DNA of 56,257 nucleotides, counting the filler, from Basidiobolus ranarum (Eukaryota), in assembly GCA_040143965.1 (NCBI GenBank). It is 5 parts of 5 records of this genome, joined end to end, with 100 filler letters (N's around TTAATTAATTAA, not from the genome) between each part and the next. Parts side by side here need not be neighbours in the genome. Positions count along the whole stretch, not along the records: positions 11,303 to 22,483 come from JASJQH010000631.1; positions 22,584 to 33,750 come from JASJQH010000632.1; 3 more parts are not named here. The stretch is one strand, 5' to 3'. The stretch's first letter is position 1, and every line of letters begins with the position of its first letter. Under the pieces are notes generated by a model, which saw only the letters and a program-made list of their open reading frames with translations, did no database searches and was not told the origin of the DNA. The translations under genes were made by a program, and so were the position numbers. This document shows positions 11,986-22,630 of this stretch, piece by piece.

Positions 11986-12312
11986 TTACTGGACAGTAGC
12001 AACGACTTTGATGCCATCTTCAAGGCATAAAATTGCTCGAATGTTCAATCCTAACGCATGAATTCTTGCTTCGACGTCAGGACACTCGGTGCTCGAGTTA
12101 GGCACCATACCGGTTGGTAATTCTTGGTCACTCTTAAGGCAAACAACAGCAGTGATATTCGCTTCCGAAACCTTGATCTTAGCATTGATGTCTTCACAAC
12201 TACCAGGAGTGGATGATGTATCGAGATTTACCACTGCGTTCAAAGGTAACGGTGCAGCAATTGTGGAGAAGATTGCGCATAATACAACTAATAGAGCAAG
12301 AACGAAACGCAT
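11986..12312 (-). CDS. Small secreted protein (108 aa) with two Cys-bounded 20-aa repeats
   Basis: Signal peptide MRFVLALLVVLCAIFSTIAA; repeats CEDINAKIKVSEANITAVVC and CPDVEARIHALGLNIRAILC; intronless; TATAAAAA about 55 nt upstream. Confidence 0.8.
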   Translation of the reverse strand: MRFVLALLVVLCAIFSTIAAPLPLNAVVNLDTSSTPGSCEDINAKIKVSEANITAVVCLKSDQELPTGMVPNSSTECPDVEARIHALGLNIRAILCLEDGIKVVATVQ

Positions 12313-13387
12313 GTTTGAATATCAAATAGATGATTGTGATTACTAAAAGCTACATTTCGTGGCTTTTTATACTAAACACCACTCCAAGGTTAGGTACTCC
12401 CTATCTATAGTTCAGTAGGTAAATTGAGAAGACTTTACTTTGTATAATTAAATAATGTATGTACCTACCTTTAATTCAACGGTAATTACTCCTACTTCTT
12501 ATATATGCACTAAGTAATATCTCCAAAATGATATACTATTCAGTATATTCTTATACTTGAGCGATAGATAGATTCCATGTAAGGGATATGTGCATTTACG
12601 ATATTTACTAGTTTAGTCTGTTAGGTATATACCCATAGAAATCCGTGGAAATTATTGAACTTTATTTTCTAGAAATCATCTTATTCTTCCGACTAGATGG
12701 AACAGTACTCTGAATCCAATCTTTACGCAGGTTAGAGCCATATATGATCTCCATGGTAGCTGACACACGAGTTCATTCAGGCATACATGGCATATATAAG
12801 TATCTATCACTAATCCTTGATCTGTTAGACGATGACTAGAGTCAACCTTGTGTTAATAATGGCTTACTAAATCTGCAATTTTTGTTTTTATCCAAGTAGC
12901 GTTGAGCTATATCTTATCATCAATCATCCCTTACTACCATAATTGACTAATTTTGCTAACTGCGAAAATACCTTGAATCAATGTGCAAATTCAGCTCAAC
13001 GATAGTTCTTGGTCGTCGTTAAATTAATTTTCACAAAGAGCGTGAGTCAATTACCAGTAAAAATCTCATTCACCGATCTTAACCTACAAATGAGCAAAAG
13101 TACTATACAATTCTTGTACAATCCTCACATGTACGTATGTATTAACCAGGTACGCATAAAGTTGATTGTAGTGGTAAATGGATCACATTCATTTCTTCGA
13201 AATATGACTAAAAATTATTTGACTCGGAAGCTGCAGGAGGTCAGCCATCCAGGCATTAAGAGTGGGAAGTCGTGGAATGAAAAGCCAACACCGCTCTAAT
13301 TGCATGCCAGTAAGTATAAAACGAGTTAGGTTTTTAACCAGATCCATATTACTCAGCTCAATTGCTCACCATTAACAACTTAGTAAC

Positions 13388-14161
13388 ATGAAAGTTATAA
13401 TTTTTGCCTCTTTGTTTTATCTAGCTACTGTAGCTACTCTACCTACTTACAATGTTAGCAGTTCTGGTGGAGGTCACGCTGTTGAAGACTACAACGAAGA
13501 TCATTCCGGTGGTGACAAATTCACCGGTTCTGGCGGAGGCATTACCAAGAGTTATGATGCGGATGACCATAAAAATGGTGATGGTGGAGGTGAGCACGAT
13601 AATAGCTATGATTCTGGAGATCACGGTGAAGATGATGACCATGAAGGTGGCGGCTATGGTAGTGATAGCGGAGATAATGATTATGATTCAGATGAACACG
13701 ATGGTGATGGAGAGGATTATAGCAATGACGGAAGTGGCGGTAATGGTAGTGCTGCTAGCGAAAGCTATGGCTCAAGTGACCATGATAGTGGCTCGGATAT
13801 TGCTGGTAACTCCAAATCAAGTGATCACGGAAGAGATTCTGAGGATGATTATGACTCAGGTTCAGGCTCTAATGGGTATGATAACGATAAAGACTATCAT
13901 GAAGGTAACGAGGGTGCTGGACATGGAGGAAATGGTAGAAGTGAGAATGGTGATAGTTATGATAGTGGTAACGGTGGTGGTGGTAGTGGTAATAGTAGTG
14001 GTAGTAAGGAATACAGTAAAGGAGATGACCACAGTCGCAATGACTCTAAAGGTGAAAACAATGGTGCTAACAAAGGCTACAAAAGTGACAGCGGTCATTA
14101 CAGAAAGAGATTTAACAAAAGAATTAATCGTGTGCGTCCAGATTTCACACTTCCCGCATAA
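13388..14161 (+). CDS. Secreted Gly/Asp/Ser/His-rich low-complexity protein (257 aa)
   Basis: Signal peptide MKVIIFASLFYLATVA; recurring YDS/DH/GG motifs; basic tail HYRKRFNKRINRVR; TATAAAA near 13315. Confidence 0.85.
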   Translation: MKVIIFASLFYLATVATLPTYNVSSSGGGHAVEDYNEDHSGGDKFTGSGGGITKSYDADDHKNGDGGGEHDNSYDSGDHGEDDDHEGGGYGSDSGDNDYDSDEHDGDGEDYSNDGSGGNGSAASESYGSSDHDSGSDIAGNSKSSDHGRDSEDDYDSGSGSNGYDNDKDYHEGNEGAGHGGNGRSENGDSYDSGNGGGGSGNSSGSKEYSKGDDHSRNDSKGENNGANKGYKSDSGHYRKRFNKRINRVRPDFTLPA

Positions 14162-14727
14162 AATGTTCCCAACTCTATTTGATACATGTCTAATCCTGGT
14201 CTTCAATAAATTCTACTTTTGAATGTTCACATCAAGTCACAACGGAAATTACAAAGTGTACTTCAAAAAGATTCGAAAGTGGTCAGTAAAATCCATAACA
14301 ATATTCTCTCTTGACCATTACTTCTCCGTCATGGCATAAGTGCAGTTTAATTCAGTACAGAACCGCAAATAATTTAGTTAATATAAATAAGTATATATGA
14401 ATATATTGAATGAACATTATATTGCCACAGTATTACTTCTTCATACACACCGTTATTATGTGGATATAGCTGTGTAAAACGCATCCTATTCAAGATGTAT
14501 TGATTCAATATTCACTTATGTGTAGTCCTTTTAATCTTTATCATCAACACTCCTAGATGCTCACCTAATCCTATAATATGTTTAGATACTTCAAGTATAA
14601 GTGTACATCCCTAACTCTCTACCTCAAATTGAGTGGCCTATATAAATAAACACGAAATAAAGTGAGGTCAAACCAGAAATATGGCTATTTGAAATCTTTA
14701 TTAAATCAGAATTACTCAACTTTTCTA

Positions 14728-15504
14728 TCAATAACCAATTTTTTTGGTAGCAAGAGCAAACACATGAACATGCCCTGTATAACCACGCATATAAGGGTGG
14801 ATGGGATACACCTTATTAGGAAATTCAACATAGGCAATCTCTTTGTTGGCCTCAATGGGGACTTCAGCAGAGAATAGTCGAACCTCCACCTTGTTGAAGG
14901 AAGAAACCAACCCCCTCTGTGCCACAGTATTACCAGGAGCTAGCTCTATTTTCCACTTCCAGTCTGATGCTCCGACTCTTGCATTTTGTGTACTACAGTC
15001 GGTGTATACAATCTTATATTCTGCACCGAAACTACCCATGTCACTTGCCAAGAGGAATCCTAGACGGTTGGCACCTGGCTCAGACTTCACTATCACTTTC
15101 TGTCCACTCTCAATCCAATTATCCTTTTTACCTTTGCCCCAATTTGCAAATGAATATTTGAATCCATTGGCTTGAAGAATCTTTCCTGGCTTCAAGCCAG
15201 CTTTGATCACCGAATCAGCAGTGATTCCATGCTTACGGCCGGCAGGATTGGAATCAAAATTAGCAGGATCTGTGTTTGGATTATAGGTGATAGCTTTGTT
15301 ATTGAATGGAGCTTGAGAGGGTGGGGCATAACACTTGGGTTTTGGGACATATGACTCCTGTTCGTAGGCCTGCGCACCCTCGCCACTTTGGTTCTCCCAT
15401 TCAACATCTGTGCTTGGCTGGTAATCGAATTTATCACCTCCATAAGAACCCCCTTGTACCACCTGTAAGGCGACCAGAGCTAGTAGAGCATTCAAGTAAA
15501 GCAT
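14728..15504 (-). CDS. Secreted protein (258 aa) resembling the accessory domain of actinobacterial GH92/GH3 glycosidases
   Basis: Signal peptide, intronless; ordered motifs FNNKAI, ANFD, AGLKPG, DN..SGQ, LGFL, YTDCSTQ, SDW and HVFALA. Recognised from memory of the family, not by search. Confidence 0.75.
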   Translation of the reverse strand: MLYLNALLALVALQVVQGGSYGGDKFDYQPSTDVEWENQSGEGAQAYEQESYVPKPKCYAPPSQAPFNNKAITYNPNTDPANFDSNPAGRKHGITADSVIKAGLKPGKILQANGFKYSFANWGKGKKDNWIESGQKVIVKSEPGANRLGFLLASDMGSFGAEYKIVYTDCSTQNARVGASDWKWKIELAPGNTVAQRGLVSSFNKVEVRLFSAEVPIEANKEIAYVEFPNKVYPIHPYMRGYTGHVHVFALATKKIGY

Positions 15505-16128
15505 AGCGACAGTTTTTGGAGATACAAGGGCAAGACCAAGTGAGACTAAAGATACGAAGAAGAAACCAGGTGCAAGCTTTTATGGAGTCTTTTTGCTACT
15601 TTTTATACTTCGGCAATGAAACATTTCTATAGACCCCTTGATCATTTGTTAGCACCAAAAGAAACCGGACTGGATGACTCATTCTTCTTGGCATGACATT
15701 ATGGCTGGGTATCTGAAACGGTAAAATGTGCTCAATCTACATCTTCAAGTATGGACTTCAGCATCAAACAGGACCTATTTTAGTTAAGCCAGAGTCTTAC
15801 ACTCATGTAATGTCTAACACTGGTTTTCAAGGAACAAATCAAGTTGTAATTAGCAGATTAGAGTGGCTCAAGATATTTTTGTGTGCACTTACTAGTAAAA
15901 TCGATTTAGTGCTAGTCATAATTAGATATAACTTTTTCAACCCCTCAATACGTGCCAACATAAAGATACAATACAACAGTGTATTAACTCGCATTTGAGA
16001 TCGATCACCAAACAGCATCAAGTTCAGTGTATTCAGTACCCCTGGATGCCATTTCCTTAATCACCAAGTAAATATTATTCTACGATGTTGGTAAAATACT
16101 GGCATTGTAGCCAAGGTTAGTATCAATT

Positions 16129-16191
16129 TGATGATTCGAACTCTCAGTCTGATGATTCGAACTCTCAGTCTGATGATTCGAACTCTCAGTC
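16129..16191. repeat. Perfect 21-bp tandem repeat x3
   Basis: TGATGATTCGAACTCTCAGTC three times. Confidence 0.95.
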
Positions 16192-16279
16192 ACCCATTCT
16201 GTTGCTTATTATTGCTTTTGGTTCATTGTAAAATTCAAATATAATTTCAATATACAGAGAATGTTTATTACCTAGCATC

Positions 16280-16333
16280 AAACATCACAATATATGACCA
16301 TCCAAGAAACATCACAATATATGACCATCCAAG
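16280..16333. repeat. Perfect 27-bp tandem duplication
   Basis: AAACATCACAATATATGACCATCCAAG twice, just downstream of the SBP gene. Confidence 0.95.
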
Positions 16334-16401
16334 AAGGGCTGATTATGTTACTATAATGAGCTACTCTAATTGAATAAACATCGTTGTTTGGTCAACAAGC
16401 A

Positions 16402-17588
16402 CTAGTAATAACTCAAATCGAGTGGCGAAGCACCAAGGACAGGGCCAATGCACTTAGTAATAAATGCCTTATCTTCGTCAACCTTCGTACGATTCGACAT
16501 ATAATCTCGGAAGCCAAGAGGATCAGTATTTTTCATATCCCAAATATGTTTCATACCAGCCGGGGGTGGAACATCAGTCCGTGGAGACCAAGTATCGGAC
16601 ATGAGATTCTTTTGAACATTGTATGATGTTAACCAACTGATATATAGTTTTGCGGCTGCTGGATGTTTAGCTTTCTTAAAAATAGCTCCCAACTGTGCCC
16701 ACGACTGGAAATAAGTTTTCTTAGGAATGATGGCCACACTTTTATCTCCGGGTTTTGGGTTCAATGATCCTGGCGCTGTAAAGGCAGCTAAAGAAGTACC
16801 ATTGTTGATATAGTATATAGTGGAAGTGGTACCACGGACCACTACTGGTTCCTGTGCCAGATAAGCCTCGAACCAATCTTGACCATTTTGTTCAATTAAT
16901 CTCATGAATTGATAAAGCACTGCATCATCATCATTAGGATATGTAAATATGATCTTGCCACCACTAAATTCTGGTTTCAAGTAGTCCTCCGCTTCTATCG
17001 GTCTTTGATTCTTTGGGATAGTATTACTAACCAGGTTAGTGAAATGGAAGACATTTGTTGGCCAGTAATAACCCTCCATATCCTTATACGGATTATAAAA
17101 ATGTTCGAATCCAATCGGTTTGTATCTGGATAAAGTATGATTAAAGTTATTAACGAATAGTCAAATAACTTGCAAGTATTCACTTACTTCATCAGTACTC
17201 CTTTAGATTTCCACCGTGGAAAGTCTTGTAACGACAGCAAATGGGTAACATCTGGTTCTAAAGCATCACCTCCCATAGCAAGCTGTGAATCAATCAATAC
17301 ATTATGTATTTTACTAAGATCAACTTTAACATTAAGTTTAGTTCCAGGGAATCTCTTTTCAAATGCTGTTACTAGATCTTCAAAAGCATTTGGGATATCC
17401 CCTCCAGCAAAGACATTCACATGTCCTCCTTCTTCTAAAGCATCCATGTAAAGCTTCTGGAGCGCAGCTTCTTCGCGTTTAACATAAGCTGGTTCATATG
17501 AAGAAGGATATTGTGCAGCCCCAGCGTTTACCAGGGCAAATGGCACAATGGCTGCGGTAGCAGTGAACAGAGCGAATGAAAAATGCAT
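16402..17588 (-). CDS. Secreted ABC-type periplasmic solute-binding-like protein (Fe3+/thiamine/polyamine cluster, PBP2 fold); exons 17588-17188 and 17125-16402
   Basis: LYMDALEEGGHVNVFAGGD, AFEKRFPG, QDFPRWK, YKPIGF, YPNDDDAVLY and AIFKKAKHPAAAKLYISWLTS; a 62-nt GTAAGT...CAG intron joins the two ORFs in frame. Confidence 0.88.
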
Positions 17589-18574
17589 TGTTGGCTAATA
17601 CAAGTAATAAGGATTACTCGTACTTTATATATATAGCTGTAACATGGTTTGGGATATCCATGGTGATGCTGTTTCTTTAAGCTACTGTCATGATTACTGG
17701 TGCATTTCTCTATTCAAGTTAGAAACTCATGAAACATTCTCGATATCACGATATGAAACAATCAAGGTATTAACGTGAAACATTTTCAGATATCTTCTCA
17801 AGTAATGATTACATCGTAACTCTCTATTCTTACTACTAGCTCTATGGTGGCTAGACTAGTGGAGTCACAAGCAAAAGAACTGAACACTGATGGTCACATA
17901 TCTCATCCATGGTCACGTGTCTTGTGCGCTTTCAGTATGACCAACTATGCGTAATCTTGGGACAAGATCATATCGGGGCAAGATCAAGATCAGCGTGGAA
18001 TAGCAAATGGCCAAAGCATAAAGGGTGAATTTATCACCTCAGACCTTGTAGTACAAAATAAGCTCAAATAACATTGAACGATTTTCAACAGTAATCTCTG
18101 CTAAAGAGAGAAAATTGATGGGAATATGAAGAGTATTTGAGGAAGTTAAAAGTTGTAGAAATAAGGGATCCGTGATACAATAATTGAAACATATGCAAGT
18201 AATCAATAATTTGAACTGGTGATTTCATGGACTCTGCAAAGGCGATTCTTATCCAAGCAGACTCGATATCAACAGCATGGCTATTAATACCAAGTGAAAA
18301 TCTTAGATGAAAACTTCTCTACTAATTTGTACTTTTCCAATACGTCTTAACCGTAAGGAACAAGAGGTAATCGAAACATGAATATCTATATTTATTGAAA
18401 TAAATGTAACCAAAATGGAATTTGAAATCAAACAAGTACAATAATTAATACATTAAAAAAGTAAAGTCGTGATAGGTATAAGGAGATGTATAAAGTACAG
18501 GCAAATGACGAAGATGAACACCTGGAATAGATGCTAATTGAAATAAGGTTCTACCTAGTTAACCCAAACTAGAT

Positions 18575-19506
18575 CTAAGACCTTATTCCCACATAAGCAT
18601 TCCAGCTATCCTCAGCAGCTATGTCCATTATATCGCTCTCGGCTAAGTCTTCATTTAAACCACCACGTTCATGTGTATAGTCTTGTTGGTGCAAACGATG
18701 AGAATGCTCGGTCTGCTTCATAATCAACCAGGCATTTGTAATCCCTAATAAATTGTCCAAATTGTAAATCAGTTATCGACCATGTTATGTTTGACAACAA
18801 ATCAGAACTTACATCCTATGCGTAATAAATGTTCTATGGAGATGGTGGATATCTTGCTAAAGAGTAGTATAGAGAAGATAATATTGACTGTGCAAATCGC
18901 TAGTGGAAATCCAAATCCATGTTGGATTAGCATTGTATAAACTTTAGAGGGGATAAATTCGGACTGAGTCAAAATCTTCCTTATGAACATAAAGCTAAGA
19001 AAAACCACAATCACAGTCTCCGATATCAGTAGGAGCAGCGACCACGTTGCCTCACTTTGAACAGAGCAAATGCCTATACTTCGCTTGGTTAGAGTGGATA
19101 AGCGAATATTCTGGATTGTGCCTATCAACCGGCCTAGTTGGCAGAGAACAAATACTACTCCAATGAATTTAAAGGATTTACTTGCATAATAAGCCTTGAG
19201 AAAGAGAATTAGGTAGAAAAGGAGAAAAGATATGAATGAAATTATTTGATACAAGTAAAACTGATAGAAACAGCTATGTTTAGTATAGAATATAGCCAGG
19301 AAGTCGATCAGCACGTTGATCAGAAAGAAAAAGCATTGTGCGAGGTTGAGTTTATATATCATCAACCTCTCGGATAAAGCAATTCTAATGGAGCGATAGG
19401 TTCCCTGAAGTGCTATTGGAAATGCGAATGCTATGAGGATTGTAGTCAAGTTGTTACTAAAGACAAAATCAGTGTCCAAGTCGTCTAAAGTTTCTGCTGC
19501 ATTCAT
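18575..19506 (-). CDS. Orphan seven-transmembrane, GPCR-like protein; exons 19506-18813 and 18744-18575
   Basis: Seven hydrophobic segments after splicing (68-nt GTAAGT...TAG intron gives LRIGWITNAWLIM); Cys at the top of TM3 (HSC) and in loop 2 (GICS); short N-terminus and polar tail. Confidence 0.7.
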
Positions 19507-19987
19507 TGCTAATCTCTACCGGATAGCGTCCCCATCCAGTACATATATTCCAAGCATGTGTTACACCTGACAGATTTAAACCGATATTTAATCACGTGAA
19601 CTCGATGTTGTATCATTTTGAAAATACTCTCACGGGAGTCGGGTATCAGTGGACAGGTTTTGAAAGATATACACGACGCATGCACATTCACATCGGCCAG
19701 TTTTGAGGTGGCACTATTTGAGGGTTTGTTTACTTTGGTACCCATGTTTAGCCGTTGATGTTTAGCCGGTCGGTAAATCTGAAAGCGACCTTATTTACAC
19801 AAGCTTTGCTCAGTATTTGGGACATACATACTCACGTTTGTTATTTGGTATACCATTAGTGTTACTTACATGACTAAAAAACTATATAAACTTTCATGAC
19901 CACGAGTATTAGATGAAACATTTATGATGAATTTATTTAATTATTAACATTTTTGTACTAGATTTAGAGATGGTCGATATTACAGAT

Positions 19988-22483
19988 TTAAGCTGAGAAC
20001 TCGGCCTTGGTAATATCAGGGAAGGGGAATCTTTCCAAGTATTTCATGTCCACTTCACCACTGATAGCAACGAAGATTGACATGAATTGGGTAGCCTTGA
20101 ATTCTTCCTTAGGAGAGGTAGCAGACAAAACCAAGTTTCCTCGGGTCTGTTCGGAACTGGCGCCATCTACATGTGTGATGGTAGAATTGAATGGGAAGGA
20201 GAGTCTCCATTCATCAGAAATAGCATATCCTGGCTTTTGGGAGGTGATTTTGATCTATGAATAGTTAAAGTGGATTAGTTTCTTATTCGGTGGCTCTAAA
20301 GTTATAGAATACTTACTCCCATCTGGAACTGGTTGGATTCAAGCTTGAGGTTGCTAAAGGTTACAAAGAAGTTTCCGAGATTTTTGTGAACCAAGAAATC
20401 CGATGGTTGAGTAGCAGGGGGATTAGTTACTACATCGAGGGATCTTCTGCGGATAGAGGTGCAACTGCCCATATCGGTCCAAACGTTCTGTTCATTGCTT
20501 CCGGGGGTATCTTGTTTGGTCCACCATTTAGCTTGCCATATGTGACCGTTATAGCTCACCCTTTCACCACCAGTATAGGCCACATTAGATTTCCAAGCTG
20601 ATTCTCCAGTGCATGAGCTACCCGAGGTATGAGCGGGTTTAGGTTGTGAGGGAACGTAAGTGCTATGACTATCACCAGAGCATCCACTTACGGGGTTCCA
20701 ATAACCAGCGGTAACTCCTGGGGCATGACCTTGAGTCCACCAAAGAGCTTTCCAGATGTAACCGCTGTGTGAAACCAATGAACCACCGGAGTATGAATGG
20801 CTAGGATTCCATTCTGAAGCGGAACCACAAGATGGGAGATTAGGCTTCACATTACAGCCACCGCCATTTGTGAGGAACTAATGACAATAGTTTAATAAAG
20901 GATTCTACTAAGGATACTTTGTTTGTTGACTTACTTGTTTGGTAGCTTCAGCGTAGTTACCACCTGGGACATGATTAGCCCAAGCTTGGGATGCATCCCA
21001 GAACATGACTCCACCAAAGCTGGTGTACTTATCGCGAGTTTCTTGAGAGATAGTCTTGAGCTCTTCAATAGAGACATAACCAGATCCGGCAGCCTTTGGT
21101 GCTGCTGGAGCACCAATGAATACTTTGACATCGGGATTGTGAGAGATATGAGTAGCCCAATAATCCCAAATACCGAAATTCCAAGCGCGATAATTATCAT
21201 AGTATTGTAAACCACCTAATAAGTCAAAGGATGTTTAGCACTTCAGTATTCCAAAAGAAGTAACACTTTGATTACTTACAAGGGTTGTTGTAGAATTGGA
21301 CGAATACGAGATCAAACCAGGCATTGTTTAAGGCACTACCAAGTTGAGCATCAGGATAGACGCATTGAGGTGCACCAGTAATCAAATACTTCTTGCTAGC
21401 ATCTTCTTTATAGTGTGAACGGAGCTGGTCGATAAAGGCAATGTAACCTGTGGGTCCACCACCTTCAATATCAAGGTCGACACCATCCAGAACTGCGTTA
21501 TCAAAGGGTCTTGTGTTTGATTCACCACCAAGGAATAAGTTCCTAAAATTTCCATCGTTAGTTTTTTCTTCATTCCGGTATAAATCTATATACTACTAAC
21601 CAAATTTGATCAGCAAAGTCTCTGGCCTGATTGTCGTCTTGGAATCCATAGGATCCTCCAGCACCTCCAAGGGAAAGAATAATTGATTTACCACGAGACT
21701 GGCAGAATTTAATATCATCACCAACGCTTGGGCAATGAAGCAATTCACTGTTGGGGAACATGGCACTGTTTGATGGGTTACAGGTCTAGAAATAGAGTGT
21801 GTCAGAAGAATTTAGAGATTGATAATGTATAGATAAAATCGTACATTTGCCAAGTTCAATTGTGGGAGTCCCCCCTTGCCAAAGAATGTGTTCAAGAAAG
21901 CTAAATAAGAATCAGTAAGGTTGTATTAATGTTTCAAAGTCTATTAAGTTATATACTAACCAACAGGGATAACATCAATAGTGTCATCGCGACAGTAGTC
22001 AGCGAGGTTCATTTGCCACCCACTAGGGCCACCACCACTACCACCAAAGCTGTTTTGTCCCCAATCTAGAATAAAACGTCGACATTAGTATGGATTCAAT
22101 AGAGCTTGAAATAATAAAGAGTATACATACACACTACAAGATTATCATTACAGGTGGCCTAGATGTCATCAAAGAGAGTTAGTTTGAATCTTTTGACTTT
22201 CAACTAACAAAACGAGCCACTTACATCAAAAGCTCCGGAGGGAGTGCTAGTTCCTGTTGGATGATTAGGCTGGGTAGTCTTAGTTGTCTCAGGGTGCTGA
22301 GTTATGCTAGTAGCCATAATTGTCTCAGTGGTCATAGGCTTTGTATGGGTATGCTCGGTTGTAATAGTATGCTTAGGAGTCTCAGTGGGCTTGGGAGTCT
22401 CGGGGGGTTAGGGAGTCTCAGTGTGTTTGGGAGTCTCAGTGTGTTTGGGTGTCTCAGTGTGCTTGGGACTGTCAGTGGGCTGG
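19988..22483 (-). CDS. GH18 class III (CTS1-like) chitinase with N-terminal PKHTET repeats, two CBM5/12 chitin-binding modules and a C-terminal domain; multi-exon, 5' end cut by the contig edge
   Basis: [14 protein letters not shown], catalytic [19 protein letters not shown] and [12 protein letters not shown] motifs WKALWWTQG and [13 protein letters not shown] before the last domain. An in-frame TAA lies at 22408-22410 in the repeat. Confidence 0.92.
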
Positions 22484-22583
22484 NNNNNNNNNNNNNNNNN
22501 NNNNNNNNNNNNNNNNNNNNNNNNNNNTTAATTAATTAANNNNNNNNNNNNNNNNNNNNNNNNNNNNNNNNNNNNNNNNNNNN
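22484..22583. other. Artificial contig linker
   Basis: 44 N + TTAATTAATTAA + 44 N. Confidence 0.99.
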
Positions 22584-22630
22584 ATAATCTTATTGTTTTG
22601 ATTTTATTATTTACCCTTAACTCCCTTCAG

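Noticed and set aside
13439-14222. Long Met/Val/Ile-rich ORFs overlapping the Gly/Asp-rich gene
   Set aside because: Shadow frames of repeated GAT/GGT/AGT codons; only the 13388 frame has a signal peptide.
16129-16333. Possible CRISPR array or C/D snoRNA
   Set aside because: The repeats abut with no spacers and the context is eukaryotic; the box C/D motifs lack snoRNA spacing and a terminal stem.
14728-17588. Bacterial contamination as the source of the bacterial-like genes
   Set aside because: AT-rich composition, TATA boxes, a spliceosomal intron and linkage to a multi-intron fungal chitinase.
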